In this document: piece by piece, positions 46,454 through 57,290 of the stretch
Numbering within the stretch: position 1 is the stretch's first letter
How the letters are laid out: every line of letters begins with the position of its first letter
Source of the DNA: an uncultured virus (IMG/VR IMGVR_UViG_3300020037_002418)
Taxonomy: Duplodnaviria; Heunggongvirae; Uroviricota; Caudoviricetes
Direction: 5' to 3' (one strand)
DNA length: 64,000 bases
Virus record (IMG/VR): IMGVR_UViG_3300020037_002418
The notes under the pieces: model-generated
The model's database searches: none
Seen by the model: the letters and a program-made list of their open reading frames with translations, nothing else
What the model was told of the DNA's origin: nothing
Made by a program: the position numbers and the translations under genes

Positions 46454-47991
46454 TGGGCCTCCAAGAGACGTTCAACGGCTTGCCGGCGACGGCGTTCATT
46501 CAAGCTCAGACTAGACGTGTCCCCTTCGTAGTTCTCATAAACCGATGTGCGGATACCTAGGGTGGGCAGGATGTCCCACCGGGCCTGAGCGATCTTGCCG
46601 TCTAGCGTACCTGCGACCATACCCATGTAGGTGATCTCGGAGGAAGCCGCGTCCTGGTACTTCTGCCGGAAGATGTCCACGTACTTATCGGCCTCGGTGT
46701 TGGCTTGGGCCTCGGTGTTCACCGTCGGGGAGTAGGCCGCATATAGCTCGGGCCGCTTCAGGATCAGGGCCCCTCCCGCTCCACCGATATTCCCCGACCG
46801 CACGATATGCACAGCCTGCCCGCCCTCATCCTTAACCTTGTAGGACGTGTTCAGGTAGAAGGCCGGCTCTGAGTACCTCCCACTGGAGTCCAGCTTGAAG
46901 ACCGGGAAGTCCGTATGCACGATCTTCCGCTCGGGATACCACTCATACCCACCCGTCCAGCGAGCATCTGTGGTGTTGTTGGGGAGGTCCGTGTAGGCGT
47001 AGTAGTCCCCACTCAGATACATCGGTAAAGGCCTAGAGAATCCTTCCAGGTCCTTCTCGCTGTCCAACAGGTAATCGTTCAGGATGTACTGATCCATCTT
47101 TGTAACGTTCACCGGGCAGTTCGGTACCTGCGTGGTGCCGTCAGCCTGGCCTGTCACCCGGAAGTCCCGGAAGTAGCCCTCATAGGCATTACTGCGTCTG
47201 GTTGTAGTAGTGATGCTCGGGAAGGAGAACGGCGACTCGGCCCCCACGGAAGCGTAGGGCAGGGCCTCCCAGTTGGTGATCAGCTTTTGGTCCCCGTTGT
47301 CGTTCCGCATCACCGTCCGGAGTTGGAGCTTTGTCTGATACAGGCTATCGCCGCCATGGACTTCTACCCGTGAGGGGATCTCCTTGCGGTTGTAGAACCG
47401 GTACTTCGGTAGAATCTCCGACAGGCCCGTCGGGCTGCTTTGGCCGGTGCCTAGCGGCCAGATCTCCACCCCATTCGATATCGGATTAAGGACCACCTCA
47501 CATGCCACATAGTCGCAAAGAGCCTGTAGTGCTAAATCTGCTCGCTGATTGCTCCACGCTGCTCTTGGGAACACTCCTGCTGGCATCCTGGATGTATCTA
47601 TTGTTTCAGAGAGAGCCGTACCTAACAGATTTGCCAGTTCTGCTGGCGATTTTTGCGTCGATGTATCGAGCGTCCCGTCTGGCTTACGACGGTTGTAGTC
47701 GCCTGATATGGTCCGAAACTTCCACTGATACCGCCGATCAAACCCCACCACCGCCCACAGGGGGGCCTTCTGATCGTAGTGCTTCCTGATGAAGGACTCA
47801 CTGAGGACGCATCCCGAGAGCGACAGGGTGTTGCCAGTGCTCCCCCAAGTCAGGGTCTGCTGTCCCAGATCCAGATTATTCTGGGGACGGACGTAGAGCG
47901 TGAACGCCGACGGAGAGACTCCTCGGGTAAGCGAGAGCGTAAGTCCTCGGATACCAGACAGACTTCCAAAGATGATCTCGGCTTGGGCCAT
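46450..47991 (-). CDS. putative tail hub or baseplate protein
   Basis: 513 aa, beta-rich, in the tail module; D.R..W...and AL..LCD patterns. Confidence 0.5.
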   Translation of the reverse strand: MAQAEIIFGSLSGIRGLTLSLTRGVSPSAFTLYVRPQNNLDLGQQTLTWGSTGNTLSLSGCVLSESFIRKHYDQKAPLWAVVGFDRRYQWKFRTISGDYNRRKPDGTLDTSTQKSPAELANLLGTALSETIDTSRMPAGVFPRAAWSNQRADLALQALCDYVACEVVLNPISNGVEIWPLGTGQSSPTGLSEILPKYRFYNRKEIPSRVEVHGGDSLYQTKLQLRTVMRNDNGDQKLITNWEALPYASVGAESPFSFPSITTTTRRSNAYEGYFRDFRVTGQADGTTQVPNCPVNVTKMDQYILNDYLLDSEKDLEGFSRPLPMYLSGDYYAYTDLPNNTTDARWTGGYEWYPERKIVHTDFPVFKLDSSGRYSEPAFYLNTSYKVKDEGGQAVHIVRSGNIGGAGGALILKRPELYAAYSPTVNTEAQANTEADKYVDIFRQKYQDAASSEITYMGMVAGTLDGKIAQARWDILPTLGIRTSVYENYEGDTSSLSLNERRRRQAVERLLEAQ

Positions 47992-47995
47992 TGGC

Positions 47996-49336
47996 TCATG
48001 AGACGGTGATCGTCTTATCCTTCGGGATAACGATGGTTACTTCCGATGGGAGGCAGCCATTCAGCTTGAAGACGGGCCCCGAGACCCGCCCTTGAGGGTC
48101 GATGAATTTAGCTCCGGCATACATCTGAATCGTGTTGGTGACGGTGACCGTGCCATTTCCTCTGGAGAGGTCGAATGTCGATCCAAGAAGCTTCAGTGTG
48201 GTGTAAGTCGTTACGCCGTTGGGATAGTGAGTCCCTCCGTAGATATTTGCTGTCGTCACAGTGCCGGACTTGTGGGTCCAGGACCCGCCGTTCTGATTTG
48301 CGGTTGTTATGGCTGAGTTTGTCTCTTGGGTTCCCCCGTTCAAGGTTACTGTCGTCAGAGTGCAGCCACTGCCGCAGATTGTGGACGCGGCGGATTGTGG
48401 CCCGTCACCCGTTATCAGCGTTGCAACTGTCGCAGTTTCTCCGCCGAAGAAACCAATCCCAATATCACCAGCGAGGTTCCTGACGGTATTTGAGGCGTGG
48501 CTCCCCTTGAACAATACACATGGGACTCCCTGCTCAATACGGCTCCCCTTGCCGAAGATGTTCAAGGCCACTTGGCCGGCACCAGCATCCCACTTAAAGC
48601 GACCGCTCCCAGGACCATCGCCCACCTCCAGGTTGGCAGTGGTGGTCACTGAGTTATCGTCAGTCGTGAAGTAGGTGGTGCGGTATTCTTTGTACGGCTT
48701 GGCAGAGTTGTCAGTGTTGTACTCGGCAAGACCGACGTTCCCTGTGTAGGACTTGTACTTCGTGATCGTGGCGAACTGACAGGTGGTGGACCCCGAGGCG
48801 TAGGTGTTCAGCCCCCACCGCACATCAAAGCTGCCGGTGTCGAAGATAAGGACGTCGTTGTCGGCCAACTGGGTATTGCTATCCAGGTTATCCACCTGAT
48901 CGAGGTGGTACTGGCTGGTGGGGACCGTGATGGATGAGATAGCCGCCGTACCCGTACTGGTCGTGCCGTCCCCAGTTACTGTGATCGTGAATGGCTTGCC
49001 GGCCAAAGCACCTGAACCATTGGCCGTCAGGTCCACTTGGCTGGCCGTGCTGTTAGTGGCTGTGAACTCTGAGAACTGTGGAATAAGGGCGGCACCACCA
49101 TCCGCCACAGGGATGGTGCATGATGCCGTGGTGTCCGTGAAAGTCGTTCCCGTCAGAGCCTGGAAGATCGTGGTGGCCACCTGGGCCGTCGTAACCAAGG
49201 TTCCAATCGTCAGGATGAAATCGACGTTGTTGACCGTAAGCGTGTAGGTATCACCAGCCGTCCACGTATTAGCTACGGTGATGCGACTGACCTGTTTGCG
49301 GTTCAAACTGGCCCCGGTGTAACGGGAGGTAGTCAT
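47996..49336 (-). CDS. Thr/Gly-rich tail structural protein
   Basis: QVSRITV...AGDTYTLTVN N-terminus; beta-helix-like C-terminus. Confidence 0.6.
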   Translation of the reverse strand: MTTSRYTGASLNRKQVSRITVANTWTAGDTYTLTVNNVDFILTIGTLVTTAQVATTIFQALTGTTFTDTTASCTIPVADGGAALIPQFSEFTATNSTASQVDLTANGSGALAGKPFTITVTGDGTTSTGTAAISSITVPTSQYHLDQVDNLDSNTQLADNDVLIFDTGSFDVRWGLNTYASGSTTCQFATITKYKSYTGNVGLAEYNTDNSAKPYKEYRTTYFTTDDNSVTTTANLEVGDGPGSGRFKWDAGAGQVALNIFGKGSRIEQGVPCVLFKGSHASNTVRNLAGDIGIGFFGGETATVATLITGDGPQSAASTICGSGCTLTTVTLNGGTQETNSAITTANQNGGSWTHKSGTVTTANIYGGTHYPNGVTTYTTLKLLGSTFDLSRGNGTVTVTNTIQMYAGAKFIDPQGRVSGPVFKLNGCLPSEVTIVIPKDKTITVS

Positions 49337-49358
49337 TGGTGTTTCCTTACACGCTTAG

Positions 49359-50072
49359 TTATTTGCTAGTCGGTAGTTCGTTGTACGAGCCAGGCAGAGC
49401 CGGGAACTCGTAGTGCCAGGTGGTCCGGAAGAACTTAATCCCGGTCCCCTGCTGCGTACCACTGGAACGCCGAATCGACCGTCTATGAGTGTACTCGAAG
49501 GGGCTGAAGATCGGCGGGGATGGTTGGGGGTACGAAGAGAACCCTACCGCACTCCCGGTCTGGGAGTAGGTGAGCAAAGACGCCGAAGAGATCGGTTCGA
49601 TGTAGGCCCCATAGATCGTGTTGGAAGCCACCCAGATCGGGCCACCCGTGCCCCGCACCTCCACTGACTCGTCCCAGGAAACCAGGTCATCCTCAGAGGC
49701 TGAATAAACGCCCTGGAGGGTAACGCTGAAGGTCCGTGTCGTGGCCAGTTGCTCGGGGCCACCGGATGGGAACGACTTGTTAACTACCCGGACCCCAGAC
49801 AGGCACTCTCCCGTATTCCGTAGCTCGTGAGCCAGAACCCCGCCTACCGTATAGGTGAAGTCCTTGCCGTCCGTGTAAGCGTTGAATACTTCATTGGCGT
49901 GCTGGACGATGGTGGACGTGTCTGTGTAGATCAGCTCGCCCGAGATCTGCATGGTGCGGGTCTGGGTCAGGCTACGGTTACGCGGCGAGTACCGAGTGCG
50001 GTAATCGACCATCACGAGGTTGACCTCGTTGTCGGCATGAGCATACCCGCCATAGACCGCCACGGATGCCAT
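49359..50072 (-). CDS. tail-associated protein
   Basis: Beta-rich 237 aa in the tail module. Confidence 0.5.
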   Translation of the reverse strand: MASVAVYGGYAHADNEVNLVMVDYRTRYSPRNRSLTQTRTMQISGELIYTDTSTIVQHANEVFNAYTDGKDFTYTVGGVLAHELRNTGECLSGVRVVNKSFPSGGPEQLATTRTFSVTLQGVYSASEDDLVSWDESVEVRGTGGPIWVASNTIYGAYIEPISSASLLTYSQTGSAVGFSSYPQPSPPIFSPFEYTHRRSIRRSSGTQQGTGIKFFRTTWHYEFPALPGSYNELPTSK

Positions 50073-50749
50073 TAGAGCCTCTCGATTTCTAGGCGACGTT
50101 GCAGGTCACTGAGAGCACGGGCGTGATCCTTCAGGAAGTCGAACTGGGCCGTGTGTAGCTGGGTATTGGCTTCAGCGAATTGGTGCAGGCCATCTTCACC
50201 ACCACCCGCATCAGAGCCACCATCTCCACCACTAAACCCACCATCCGCTCCACCTGCCGCATTAAAGGCCTCGACCTGATTCCCAAAGGCCTCGATTCCA
50301 CCATCGTCCTCACCGAGTCCCTCTAAGTCCGGTGCTGCTTCCTCCGTATGCGTTTCCGTAACGGGAATGTCCTCGGGAGGCACATCCTCGGAGAAGCCAA
50401 CTGAATCGTCAGGACCTGCCTGCTCAGGCTCAAAGGGAATGTCAGGTTGAGAGCCGCCATCAGCCGGGGTCGTAGTATCAAGTTTAGGATCACCTCCCTC
50501 AGACCCAACCGGCTGTGGCGGCTCATCGGAATCGTCTGACTCCTTCGCTAGCTTACCTAGAGTGCTGACTGTGTTATCGAGATCACTAAGATCTTGTCCT
50601 TCATCATCGCCCTCAGGGAGCCCTTCCTCGGCGTCAGGTTGACCCGGGGCTTTCTCTTCAACAGGACCATTCGGACCCCATTCCGCAGCCTTATCGTAAC
50701 CAGCGTCACTGTCTGGCCCCTTTGTCGGAATGTCATCTTCTTGGTCCAT
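50072..50749 (-). CDS. highly acidic disordered protein
   Basis: D/E/G/P-rich with a short C-terminal helix. Confidence 0.6.
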   Translation of the reverse strand: MDQEDDIPTKGPDSDAGYDKAAEWGPNGPVEEKAPGQPDAEEGLPEGDDEGQDLSDLDNTVSTLGKLAKESDDSDEPPQPVGSEGGDPKLDTTTPADGGSQPDIPFEPEQAGPDDSVGFSEDVPPEDIPVTETHTEEAAPDLEGLGEDDGGIEAFGNQVEAFNAAGGADGGFSGGDGGSDAGGGEDGLHQFAEANTQLHTAQFDFLKDHARALSDLQRRLEIERL

Positions 50750-50752
50750 GAT

Positions 50753-51700
50753 TTATGCCGGATTTGAGTCAATCGTGAGCTCAAGCTCCCTCGTGGAGCC
50801 TGTCATGCGGGAGACGTAGTTGCTAACCAGGTCGATCTCTTCCTTGCCGGAGACCACGGGGCTCTGGTTCACTAACTGAAGGACCCCGAACGTCCAGGCA
50901 ATGCTGACATTGCCATTAGTCGCGGTGATCACGTTGTTGCTCGTAGGAGACGAGGACAGGGCCACCGCATCTAGGGCAGCCGTAGCTGAGTCGTACGGAT
51001 GTCGGGTCTGGAGGCTGACCTTGCGGTGCATCGGATACAGGATCGACGGCTCCACGCTGTTCACATACCGAGGACGCACATAGTTGTCGAGCACAATCGT
51101 GAACTGCTTAGTCTCGTACGCAGTATTAGAGATCTTGATAGCAGACGCCGTGTCTTCGAACACCATCGGGTAGAAGCTGCCGTCGGCCAGGGAGATGCTG
51201 GCTGTGGGTCCCGATGGGTTCTTCTGGTAGGCCAGAGCAATGATCGAGAGCTGGAGGATCAAGAAGTTCGGGGGGCCACCGGGGCCATTCTGCGTGCCAC
51301 GGACCACTGCCTTCGTCACATAGCAGGAGCTGAACTCGAACGTCGCCGTTACCTTGTCAATCAGAATTGCGAACGGCAGGAGAGCGTTTCCGTTGGTGGC
51401 GAAGCTGTACGTAGTAGAGACGGCCGTCTTACCCATGAAGTAAGGGGCCCAGGTAGCCATCTCAGCCGGACTGACGCCGAACGTGATGGTGCCTGAGTAG
51501 ACGCTCGGTCCTTTACGGGCCCGCTCACCGTGCTCTGACCGGTCCCCTGTGATGACCATTGGGTGGACGACCGAGCCGATGTACTGCATCGACTCCCGGT
51601 AGAACGGGTACGAGATGATCGTGCCGGTTGTCCAGTTAGGGACGCCAGCCCCATCTTTCAGATACAGCCTAGCTTTGGCTCCTTGAGCTTCCGATGCCAT
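50753..51700 (-). CDS. tail tube-like protein
   Basis: ESM...ITGDRS...YSGTITF...ILIDKV...FEFSSC.V...FTIVLDN pattern; follows the head-tail genes. Confidence 0.6.
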   Translation of the reverse strand: MASEAQGAKARLYLKDGAGVPNWTTGTIISYPFYRESMQYIGSVVHPMVITGDRSEHGERARKGPSVYSGTITFGVSPAEMATWAPYFMGKTAVSTTYSFATNGNALLPFAILIDKVTATFEFSSCYVTKAVVRGTQNGPGGPPNFLILQLSIIALAYQKNPSGPTASISLADGSFYPMVFEDTASAIKISNTAYETKQFTIVLDNYVRPRYVNSVEPSILYPMHRKVSLQTRHPYDSATAALDAVALSSSPTSNNVITATNGNVSIAWTFGVLQLVNQSPVVSGKEEIDLVSNYVSRMTGSTRELELTIDSNPA

Positions 51701-51716
51701 CCATGGCTCCAATCAT

Positions 51717-52190
51717 TTAATAACTCGTGGGTAGCTCGCGAACCCAGCTTACCACAACCAATTGTCGGATGATGTAATTCGGCCACTTGTTGGGGTTGGT
51801 CAGGGTCTTGCCGGGCATCACGATGCAGACGTGCTCCTTGGGAGCCGTGGCGTCTCCAATCGTCACCAGGACCCGCTGGTCAGCGAACCGCCTCCGGATC
51901 AGCTCGTACCACTGCATGACCTTATCGTCTGACAGGATCGAGTCATAGGACCGCATCTTCGCCAGCACGATTCCCACAATGTAACCAATGTCTGAGGTCC
52001 CTACGGTGCCGTCGTCGTACTGCTCTCCCATGTCGATAATGGAGGCCCCACGATACGGATCTCCCGTCGGAGACAGCCAGTCCTCACGGATCGCTACCTC
52101 CGAGTCCACCAGCCCTTCCGGCTGAAGGTCCTTCACGATGGCTTCGATGGCCACCATGATCTGACCTTTATGGGAGATGTAGCTAGCCAT
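51717..52190 (-). CDS. head-tail joining or tail terminator-like protein
   Basis: Size and position between adaptor and tube. Confidence 0.45.
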   Translation of the reverse strand: MASYISHKGQIMVAIEAIVKDLQPEGLVDSEVAIREDWLSPTGDPYRGASIIDMGEQYDDGTVGTSDIGYIVGIVLAKMRSYDSILSDDKVMQWYELIRRRFADQRVLVTIGDATAPKEHVCIVMPGKTLTNPNKWPNYIIRQLVVVSWVRELPTSY

Positions 52191-53386
52191 TAGGGCTGCG
52201 TCCCTCCGGTGGTCAGGTCCGCACTGGCGGCGATACCTGCCAGGTTGTTCGGTTGGTAGGCCCGACCACCACGGTCTTCCGAGCGTTGATCAGCAGCCAT
52301 AGCAAAGATCAGAGCCCGTTCATAACGAGCCTCTCTCTGCTCCTGGCCCTTCCGGTCTTGGGAAGCGAACTTCGCCTCACAGCACCGCAGAAAGGCACTC
52401 CGCATGGCACCCGGCTCAATGTCGATCCGAGAGCTGATACGGTAGCCCGAGCCAGATAGCGTGGTATCCGCGTCCTGCTCTAAGGTCAGAGACGTCGTAG
52501 ATTCCACACTCCGAATCACCCGCTGCATGGTGTAAGGATTCACTCGGTTCTTGTCGATCTCCCCTTGGAGTGAGGTCGGGATGGACGTATCCCCGGTCTT
52601 CGTGAACCGCATCACGGCTCCCACCATATCCGAGGTGAAGCTCGTACTGGTGCCCGTGACGGTCGCAGACCCTGAGGTCGTAGCCACCGTTCCCACCGAG
52701 TACTCCAGCACCTTCAATGGCAGGGGCCAGCAGAGGGCATGGTACTGGTAAGTGCGGGCCGAGCTAGGAGACGGGGCAAAGTGGATAGCCATAGCACCCG
52801 CATACAGGTCACTGCGGTAGGCCGCATACATCAGAGGCTGGGCCGTGTTCCGCATGATCCGCTGCTCATGGAGGATATCCGAGGGCTCCACGCATTGCAG
52901 GAGCCGCCCAGGAGCGTTGAGGTCATGCACGTACAGAACCTCCCGGATGGTATCGGGAAGCTCGTACGTGTCGCGGGTGATGGTGTAGCTGGTACCGGAG
53001 GCGATATCAGCCGTTGGGCAGTCACCATCCCTGAGAATCACGACGGTGCTAGAGGTCCGGCTTTCAATGCTGTACCGGGCACCGGCAATGTATAGGGCGT
53101 ACTTCGTCACATCCGATGGCCACGTCGAGCTAGTCAGCGTGAGCGTACGAGACGACGACGTGTAGGCAATCGTCCCCGATGTCTGGCTGGCTACCGTGGC
53201 AAACGAGAACGTGCGGTAGTAGTACCGCCAGCTTCGGCGTACCGGGATCTCCGAATACGCCTCCAAGACAGCATCCCACGCCAACCTGCGGCTCCGGGGT
53301 GAATAGTCCCCGGCCACAACTTGATCGAGGGTGTAGTCGATGGCGTCCCATACGGTTAGGTATGGGGTATTGCTAGTTAGGCTCAT
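52190..53386 (-). CDS. head-tail adaptor protein with inserted beta domains
   Basis: WRYY...YELPD...FAPSPSSARTYQY adaptor pattern; Thr/Ser-rich insertions. Confidence 0.6.
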   Translation of the reverse strand: MSLTSNTPYLTVWDAIDYTLDQVVAGDYSPRSRRLAWDAVLEAYSEIPVRRSWRYYYRTFSFATVASQTSGTIAYTSSSRTLTLTSSTWPSDVTKYALYIAGARYSIESRTSSTVVILRDGDCPTADIASGTSYTITRDTYELPDTIREVLYVHDLNAPGRLLQCVEPSDILHEQRIMRNTAQPLMYAAYRSDLYAGAMAIHFAPSPSSARTYQYHALCWPLPLKVLEYSVGTVATTSGSATVTGTSTSFTSDMVGAVMRFTKTGDTSIPTSLQGEIDKNRVNPYTMQRVIRSVESTTSLTLEQDADTTLSGSGYRISSRIDIEPGAMRSAFLRCCEAKFASQDRKGQEQREARYERALIFAMAADQRSEDRGGRAYQPNNLAGIAASADLTTGGTQP

Positions 53387-53416
53387 GGAGGCTCCTTCCT
53401 TAGAGCGACTCCATTA

Positions 53417-54085
53417 TTAGGTCAGGACGGGGTGACCATGCAGGCGGAAGATGAACTGGCCAGCCGTGTAAGCCGCAGCCGTGTCACCCGTGCCTGCGGT
53501 GAGGTAGAAGTAGTGATCAGCGGTAAGGCTTTGGACCAAATTCTGGACCACAACACCTGCTACCGCATCGCCATTGTTAACACCGTAAGTCGTGCCACCG
53601 GCACCGTCATAGGCCAGTGACCCCGACGAATTGACCACGATGTTCACGTCATTGTCACCACCGGTCGGGGTCTCTACGCAGATCTGCTCGATCTTGAAGA
53701 TCACACCGTTCGTAGCAACCACGTTGCGACCAATGTAGGCATTGCCGCCCGCCGACAGGCCAATGACGTCATTGGCGGTAGCCACGCTCGCCAAGCCTTG
53801 GAGATCGACTTTAATCTCAGTGATGATAATACCGTTCTCGGTGTAGCGGTACGTGGCTGGGGCCACGCCCGTACCAATCGCACCGGCACCGTGTTCGGCG
53901 GTCACCGCCACGCCAGTTCGGCCAACTACACCGGTCATGAACTTACTAGCGTTCAGGGTCACGGCTTTCGACGCCTCGGCAGTTCCGAGAGTAGCCACGT
54001 TGTAGATGTTGAGGAACTCGGTCGCGGCCCCTTGATTAGCAAGACCTTTAGCGAGGTGGCTGGTGAAATTACGAGAGAACGACAT
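53417..54085 (-). CDS. virion structural protein
   Basis: TLGTAEASKAVTL motif; beta-sandwich C-terminus. Confidence 0.55.
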   Translation of the reverse strand: MSFSRNFTSHLAKGLANQGAATEFLNIYNVATLGTAEASKAVTLNASKFMTGVVGRTGVAVTAEHGAGAIGTGVAPATYRYTENGIIITEIKVDLQGLASVATANDVIGLSAGGNAYIGRNVVATNGVIFKIEQICVETPTGGDNDVNIVVNSSGSLAYDGAGGTTYGVNNGDAVAGVVVQNLVQSLTADHYFYLTAGTGDTAAAYTAGQFIFRLHGHPVLT

Positions 54086-54126
54086 GGGTCGGAATCCTTT
54101 CCGGTGGTGACAGCAGCCCAAGCCGC

Positions 54127-54864
54127 TTAAACAGGCGACTTAACCTTGGCTGGCTTTGTCTTGCTGGGACCGTGCTTCGCCAAAACCATAGCTCGTAGCT
54201 CTGACTTTGACTTAGACTTCAGCTCCGGATTGGATCGTACCATATCCACGGCCTTACGCCTAACCAGATCCGCTCCCATGGGGGTGCAGTTCTCGTCAGC
54301 TAATTCATCCCGTTCAGGCTCTCGGTGGTTGGTACTGACCGCCCCATCGCAGGCCCAGCCCCGCTTCTCACAGAGATTCTTGATATAACTCCGGGCACCA
54401 CCAAATGGCACTACCGCCTCGGGGTCCCCTACGAACCGGGCCAGCTCGGGCATGTACTCGTCATTGGGTTTCAGGTTCACCCCTCGCTTGGCGAGCTGCT
54501 GCTTGACGTTGTTGATGTAGGTGTTGTTCTTTTTGCTACTGGGGTCTCCGAAGACTTCGTGCCAGGGCTTTCTTCCGGCCCAGAAGGTGTCGGTGGTTTG
54601 GAGTCCGGGAGGGGCTTGAAGACATAACATCGTCGCCCATCTATCACCACACTTCTTATCCTCCCTGCGGATTCGCACATAGATCGCCCCTCTCGTGACG
54701 TGGCCACCGCACTCCACGACTAGCTCCCCGCAGCGTGCCAGAACATCCGAGCTGACATTGGGGAACTCCTTGAGGATCTCCTCGGGCATTGGCGGGTACA
54801 CCACCAAGTCCACATAGGGTCGCCAGTCTTCGTTGTCTTTGAGCCAGACATCTATCCGTTTCAT
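54127..54864 (-). CDS. hypothetical protein downstream of portal
   Basis: 245-aa ORF coupled to the portal gene. Confidence 0.6.
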   Translation of the reverse strand: MKRIDVWLKDNEDWRPYVDLVVYPPMPEEILKEFPNVSSDVLARCGELVVECGGHVTRGAIYVRIRREDKKCGDRWATMLCLQAPPGLQTTDTFWAGRKPWHEVFGDPSSKKNNTYINNVKQQLAKRGVNLKPNDEYMPELARFVGDPEAVVPFGGARSYIKNLCEKRGWACDGAVSTNHREPERDELADENCTPMGADLVRRKAVDMVRSNPELKSKSKSELRAMVLAKHGPSKTKPAKVKSPV

Positions 54865-57290
54865 GCGGCTTTTCCTGGTTTGGGTTTCGTAGCAGCCATC
54901 TTCTTAGCCGTATCTACCTTAGCCTTCGACTGCTCTTTGGTGGTGTCGATCTTAGTCTTAGCCTGGGCCTTGGCAACAGCCACCTGAGTGGCACCCTGCT
55001 CCCGCTGCATCGCCATTTGCTGCTGACCCATCTGGATCTTCTGGGCACCCTCAGCAGTCTTCACAGCCATATCCACCTGACCCTGCTCTTGCTGCATCTG
55101 GATGTTCTGCTGATGCTCCTGCTGAGCCATCTGCATTTCCATCTTCTTCTCTTGGATCTTGAGCTGCATCTCCACCATTTTCATCTGGAGTTCAGCCTCC
55201 ATCTTCTTCAGCTCCATCGCCATTTCCTGCTGGCTCTGTTGCTGGTCCATCTGCATCTTCTGTTGGTCCATGGCTCCCTTCATCTGGAGCTCCTGCTGCT
55301 TTAGGGCAGCGGGATTAGCTTGGGCCTCGGATTGGAGTTTGACGGCCTCCGCTTGCACCTTCTGAAGTTCCGCCTGCTGCATCTGCGTTTGAAGCTGTGC
55401 TTCCGGGCTGTTCTCGTCCTTAGGCTGGAAGAAGAGACCATCCAAGTCCATATCATGCAGCTCCCCATACTTCTTGAGGAGACCGTTGATCGGCTCCCAG
55501 TCACCCGTCAGCTCAGCACGCTTGCTGGCCTCGGGCAGGAATCGACCCATGAGTTCGTTGAGATCCGCAATGTCTCGGTCTCGGTTCGGACGGCGGACAG
55601 AGCTGGCGGCCACCTCATAGTGCATCTGCCGCATCACGCTCTCGGCATCGGCGTTCTCGATGTGCTCCTTCCAGAGCATGGCACCGGCCTGACCTAGGAG
55701 CGGCACAACGTCGGGAGCCTTTACAAACAGCCAGGTGAGCATGGCCTCAACACCAGCAACTCGGCTTTGCCAGCCCACAACCTTCTTTTGCATATATTCT
55801 GGGCGAGCACTAACAGCCGATTTTCTAGCTTCCGTCGTTGACGCTGTGCGGTCTTGGGTGCCGTCTTCGTTTTGGCCATAGACGAAAGGGGTCATCCCCA
55901 TCCTTTTATCGAAGTTGTTACTCAGGATATCCAGAACCTGCCAGGAGTCTCGGTTGACCTCTTTGTTCTCAATGATTTGGATCATCTTCTTGACGTCATC
56001 CACCGAGCCGGGAGGCAGGGCGAATACATCCAAGTCGGCCCCGTCATCGAGGACCTTCTTGATGTCGTCATAGTACTGACCCAGGACCGCGTACATCTGG
56101 CGGCTAGACTGCCAGGTACGGTTCACCAGCCATGAGACGATGGCGTTCATGGCCTTCAGCTCACCCAAGGCGGGGGCCAAGGGGGCTATGGGGTAGGCAC
56201 TTTCCGGATCGTCGTAGAAACGAAGGACTTCAACGGGCCAGCGGTCATCGGTCCAGAGCGGGACCGGCCACTCGAAGGACTGCCGCACTTCCTCCGACGT
56301 CGCTCCATTGCGGATCTTGTCTGCTGGGCAGTTGAGTGGGTAAGGGCAGTCTGGGCAGATCGCCAGATATGCATAGTCACCGACGGTCTCCTCTAGTTGA
56401 TTCTTGATAATGCTGGGCATCCCGGTCATACGGGCCCCGGTGCCGAGCTTACTCCAGACCTCATACCACACGATCAGGTCACTGGTCTTACCGGCCTTCC
56501 GGTCGGCACCACCGTCCCCTGAGCTACTAGCCAACTCCGCATAGTGCCACGAGGACTCTAGGGTGGCCTTGTTCTTTAGGGAGCCGGGTGGCAGCTTGAA
56601 CCGCCGCTCGACTTGCCAGTGGGCCTCCGTGTGGCGGAGAGCAATCCACTTGGCTTCCTGCATGGTCTTGAAATCAGGGTCGATGATCAGGTCACCAGGC
56701 GGCTTCCGGAAGCAACCAGTGAGCGTTCTCTCAGAGCCGGGCATCGAGTAGGGGGCCGGCCACATACAGCCCATGCCAGTGAGCATAGCGTCGAGAACAG
56801 CCAGTTCGTTATGACCTTCGAGTCCATTGCCAGGCATTTCCCGAGGCGTGTAATTCAGCCACCCCGTCAGGAGCTGAGCCACTACCTTGTCCTTCGATGC
56901 CTCTTGGGCTGCCATCTGCATGACAACCTGATACATCTGGGGATCTGGGAAGGCGTCCTGAGGAAGCTCTAAGATCTTCTTCGGGGTGACTGTCCGATGC
57001 GGGACATCCCACAAGAGGTTCGGGCCAAAGACAGCCACGAACTCAAAAGCCTTGTTGATGGTGACTCGGAACCGGGGAGCCTTCACGCCCCTCCAGAACT
57101 TCTTGGAGTAGAGCGGGTCCCACATGGCGGCAGCCGACTTCGAGTAGAACATCATGCACTCGTCGGCCACCTCCTTCCACTTCTTGCGGGGCTGAGACGT
57201 CAGGGCCATCTCGATCTTAGAAAGCCAGCCCGAGCACAACGGACGTAGGAATTGGTAGTCCGTGTCTTCGATATCGCCTAGATCGAGCAT
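54861..57290 (-). CDS. portal protein with long Gln/Met coiled-coil C-terminus
   Basis: Follows terminase; DLIIDPD...AKWIA, WYEVW, RTASTTEA patterns; about 170-aa Q/M-rich tail. Confidence 0.75.
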   Translation of the reverse strand: MLDLGDIEDTDYQFLRPLCSGWLSKIEMALTSQPRKKWKEVADECMMFYSKSAAAMWDPLYSKKFWRGVKAPRFRVTINKAFEFVAVFGPNLLWDVPHRTVTPKKILELPQDAFPDPQMYQVVMQMAAQEASKDKVVAQLLTGWLNYTPREMPGNGLEGHNELAVLDAMLTGMGCMWPAPYSMPGSERTLTGCFRKPPGDLIIDPDFKTMQEAKWIALRHTEAHWQVERRFKLPPGSLKNKATLESSWHYAELASSSGDGGADRKAGKTSDLIVWYEVWSKLGTGARMTGMPSIIKNQLEETVGDYAYLAICPDCPYPLNCPADKIRNGATSEEVRQSFEWPVPLWTDDRWPVEVLRFYDDPESAYPIAPLAPALGELKAMNAIVSWLVNRTWQSSRQMYAVLGQYYDDIKKVLDDGADLDVFALPPGSVDDVKKMIQIIENKEVNRDSWQVLDILSNNFDKRMGMTPFVYGQNEDGTQDRTASTTEARKSAVSARPEYMQKKVVGWQSRVAGVEAMLTWLFVKAPDVVPLLGQAGAMLWKEHIENADAESVMRQMHYEVAASSVRRPNRDRDIADLNELMGRFLPEASKRAELTGDWEPINGLLKKYGELHDMDLDGLFFQPKDENSPEAQLQTQMQQAELQKVQAEAVKLQSEAQANPAALKQQELQMKGAMDQQKMQMDQQQSQQEMAMELKKMEAELQMKMVEMQLKIQEKKMEMQMAQQEHQQNIQMQQEQGQVDMAVKTAEGAQKIQMGQQQMAMQREQGATQVAVAKAQAKTKIDTTKEQSKAKVDTAKKMAATKPKPGKAA

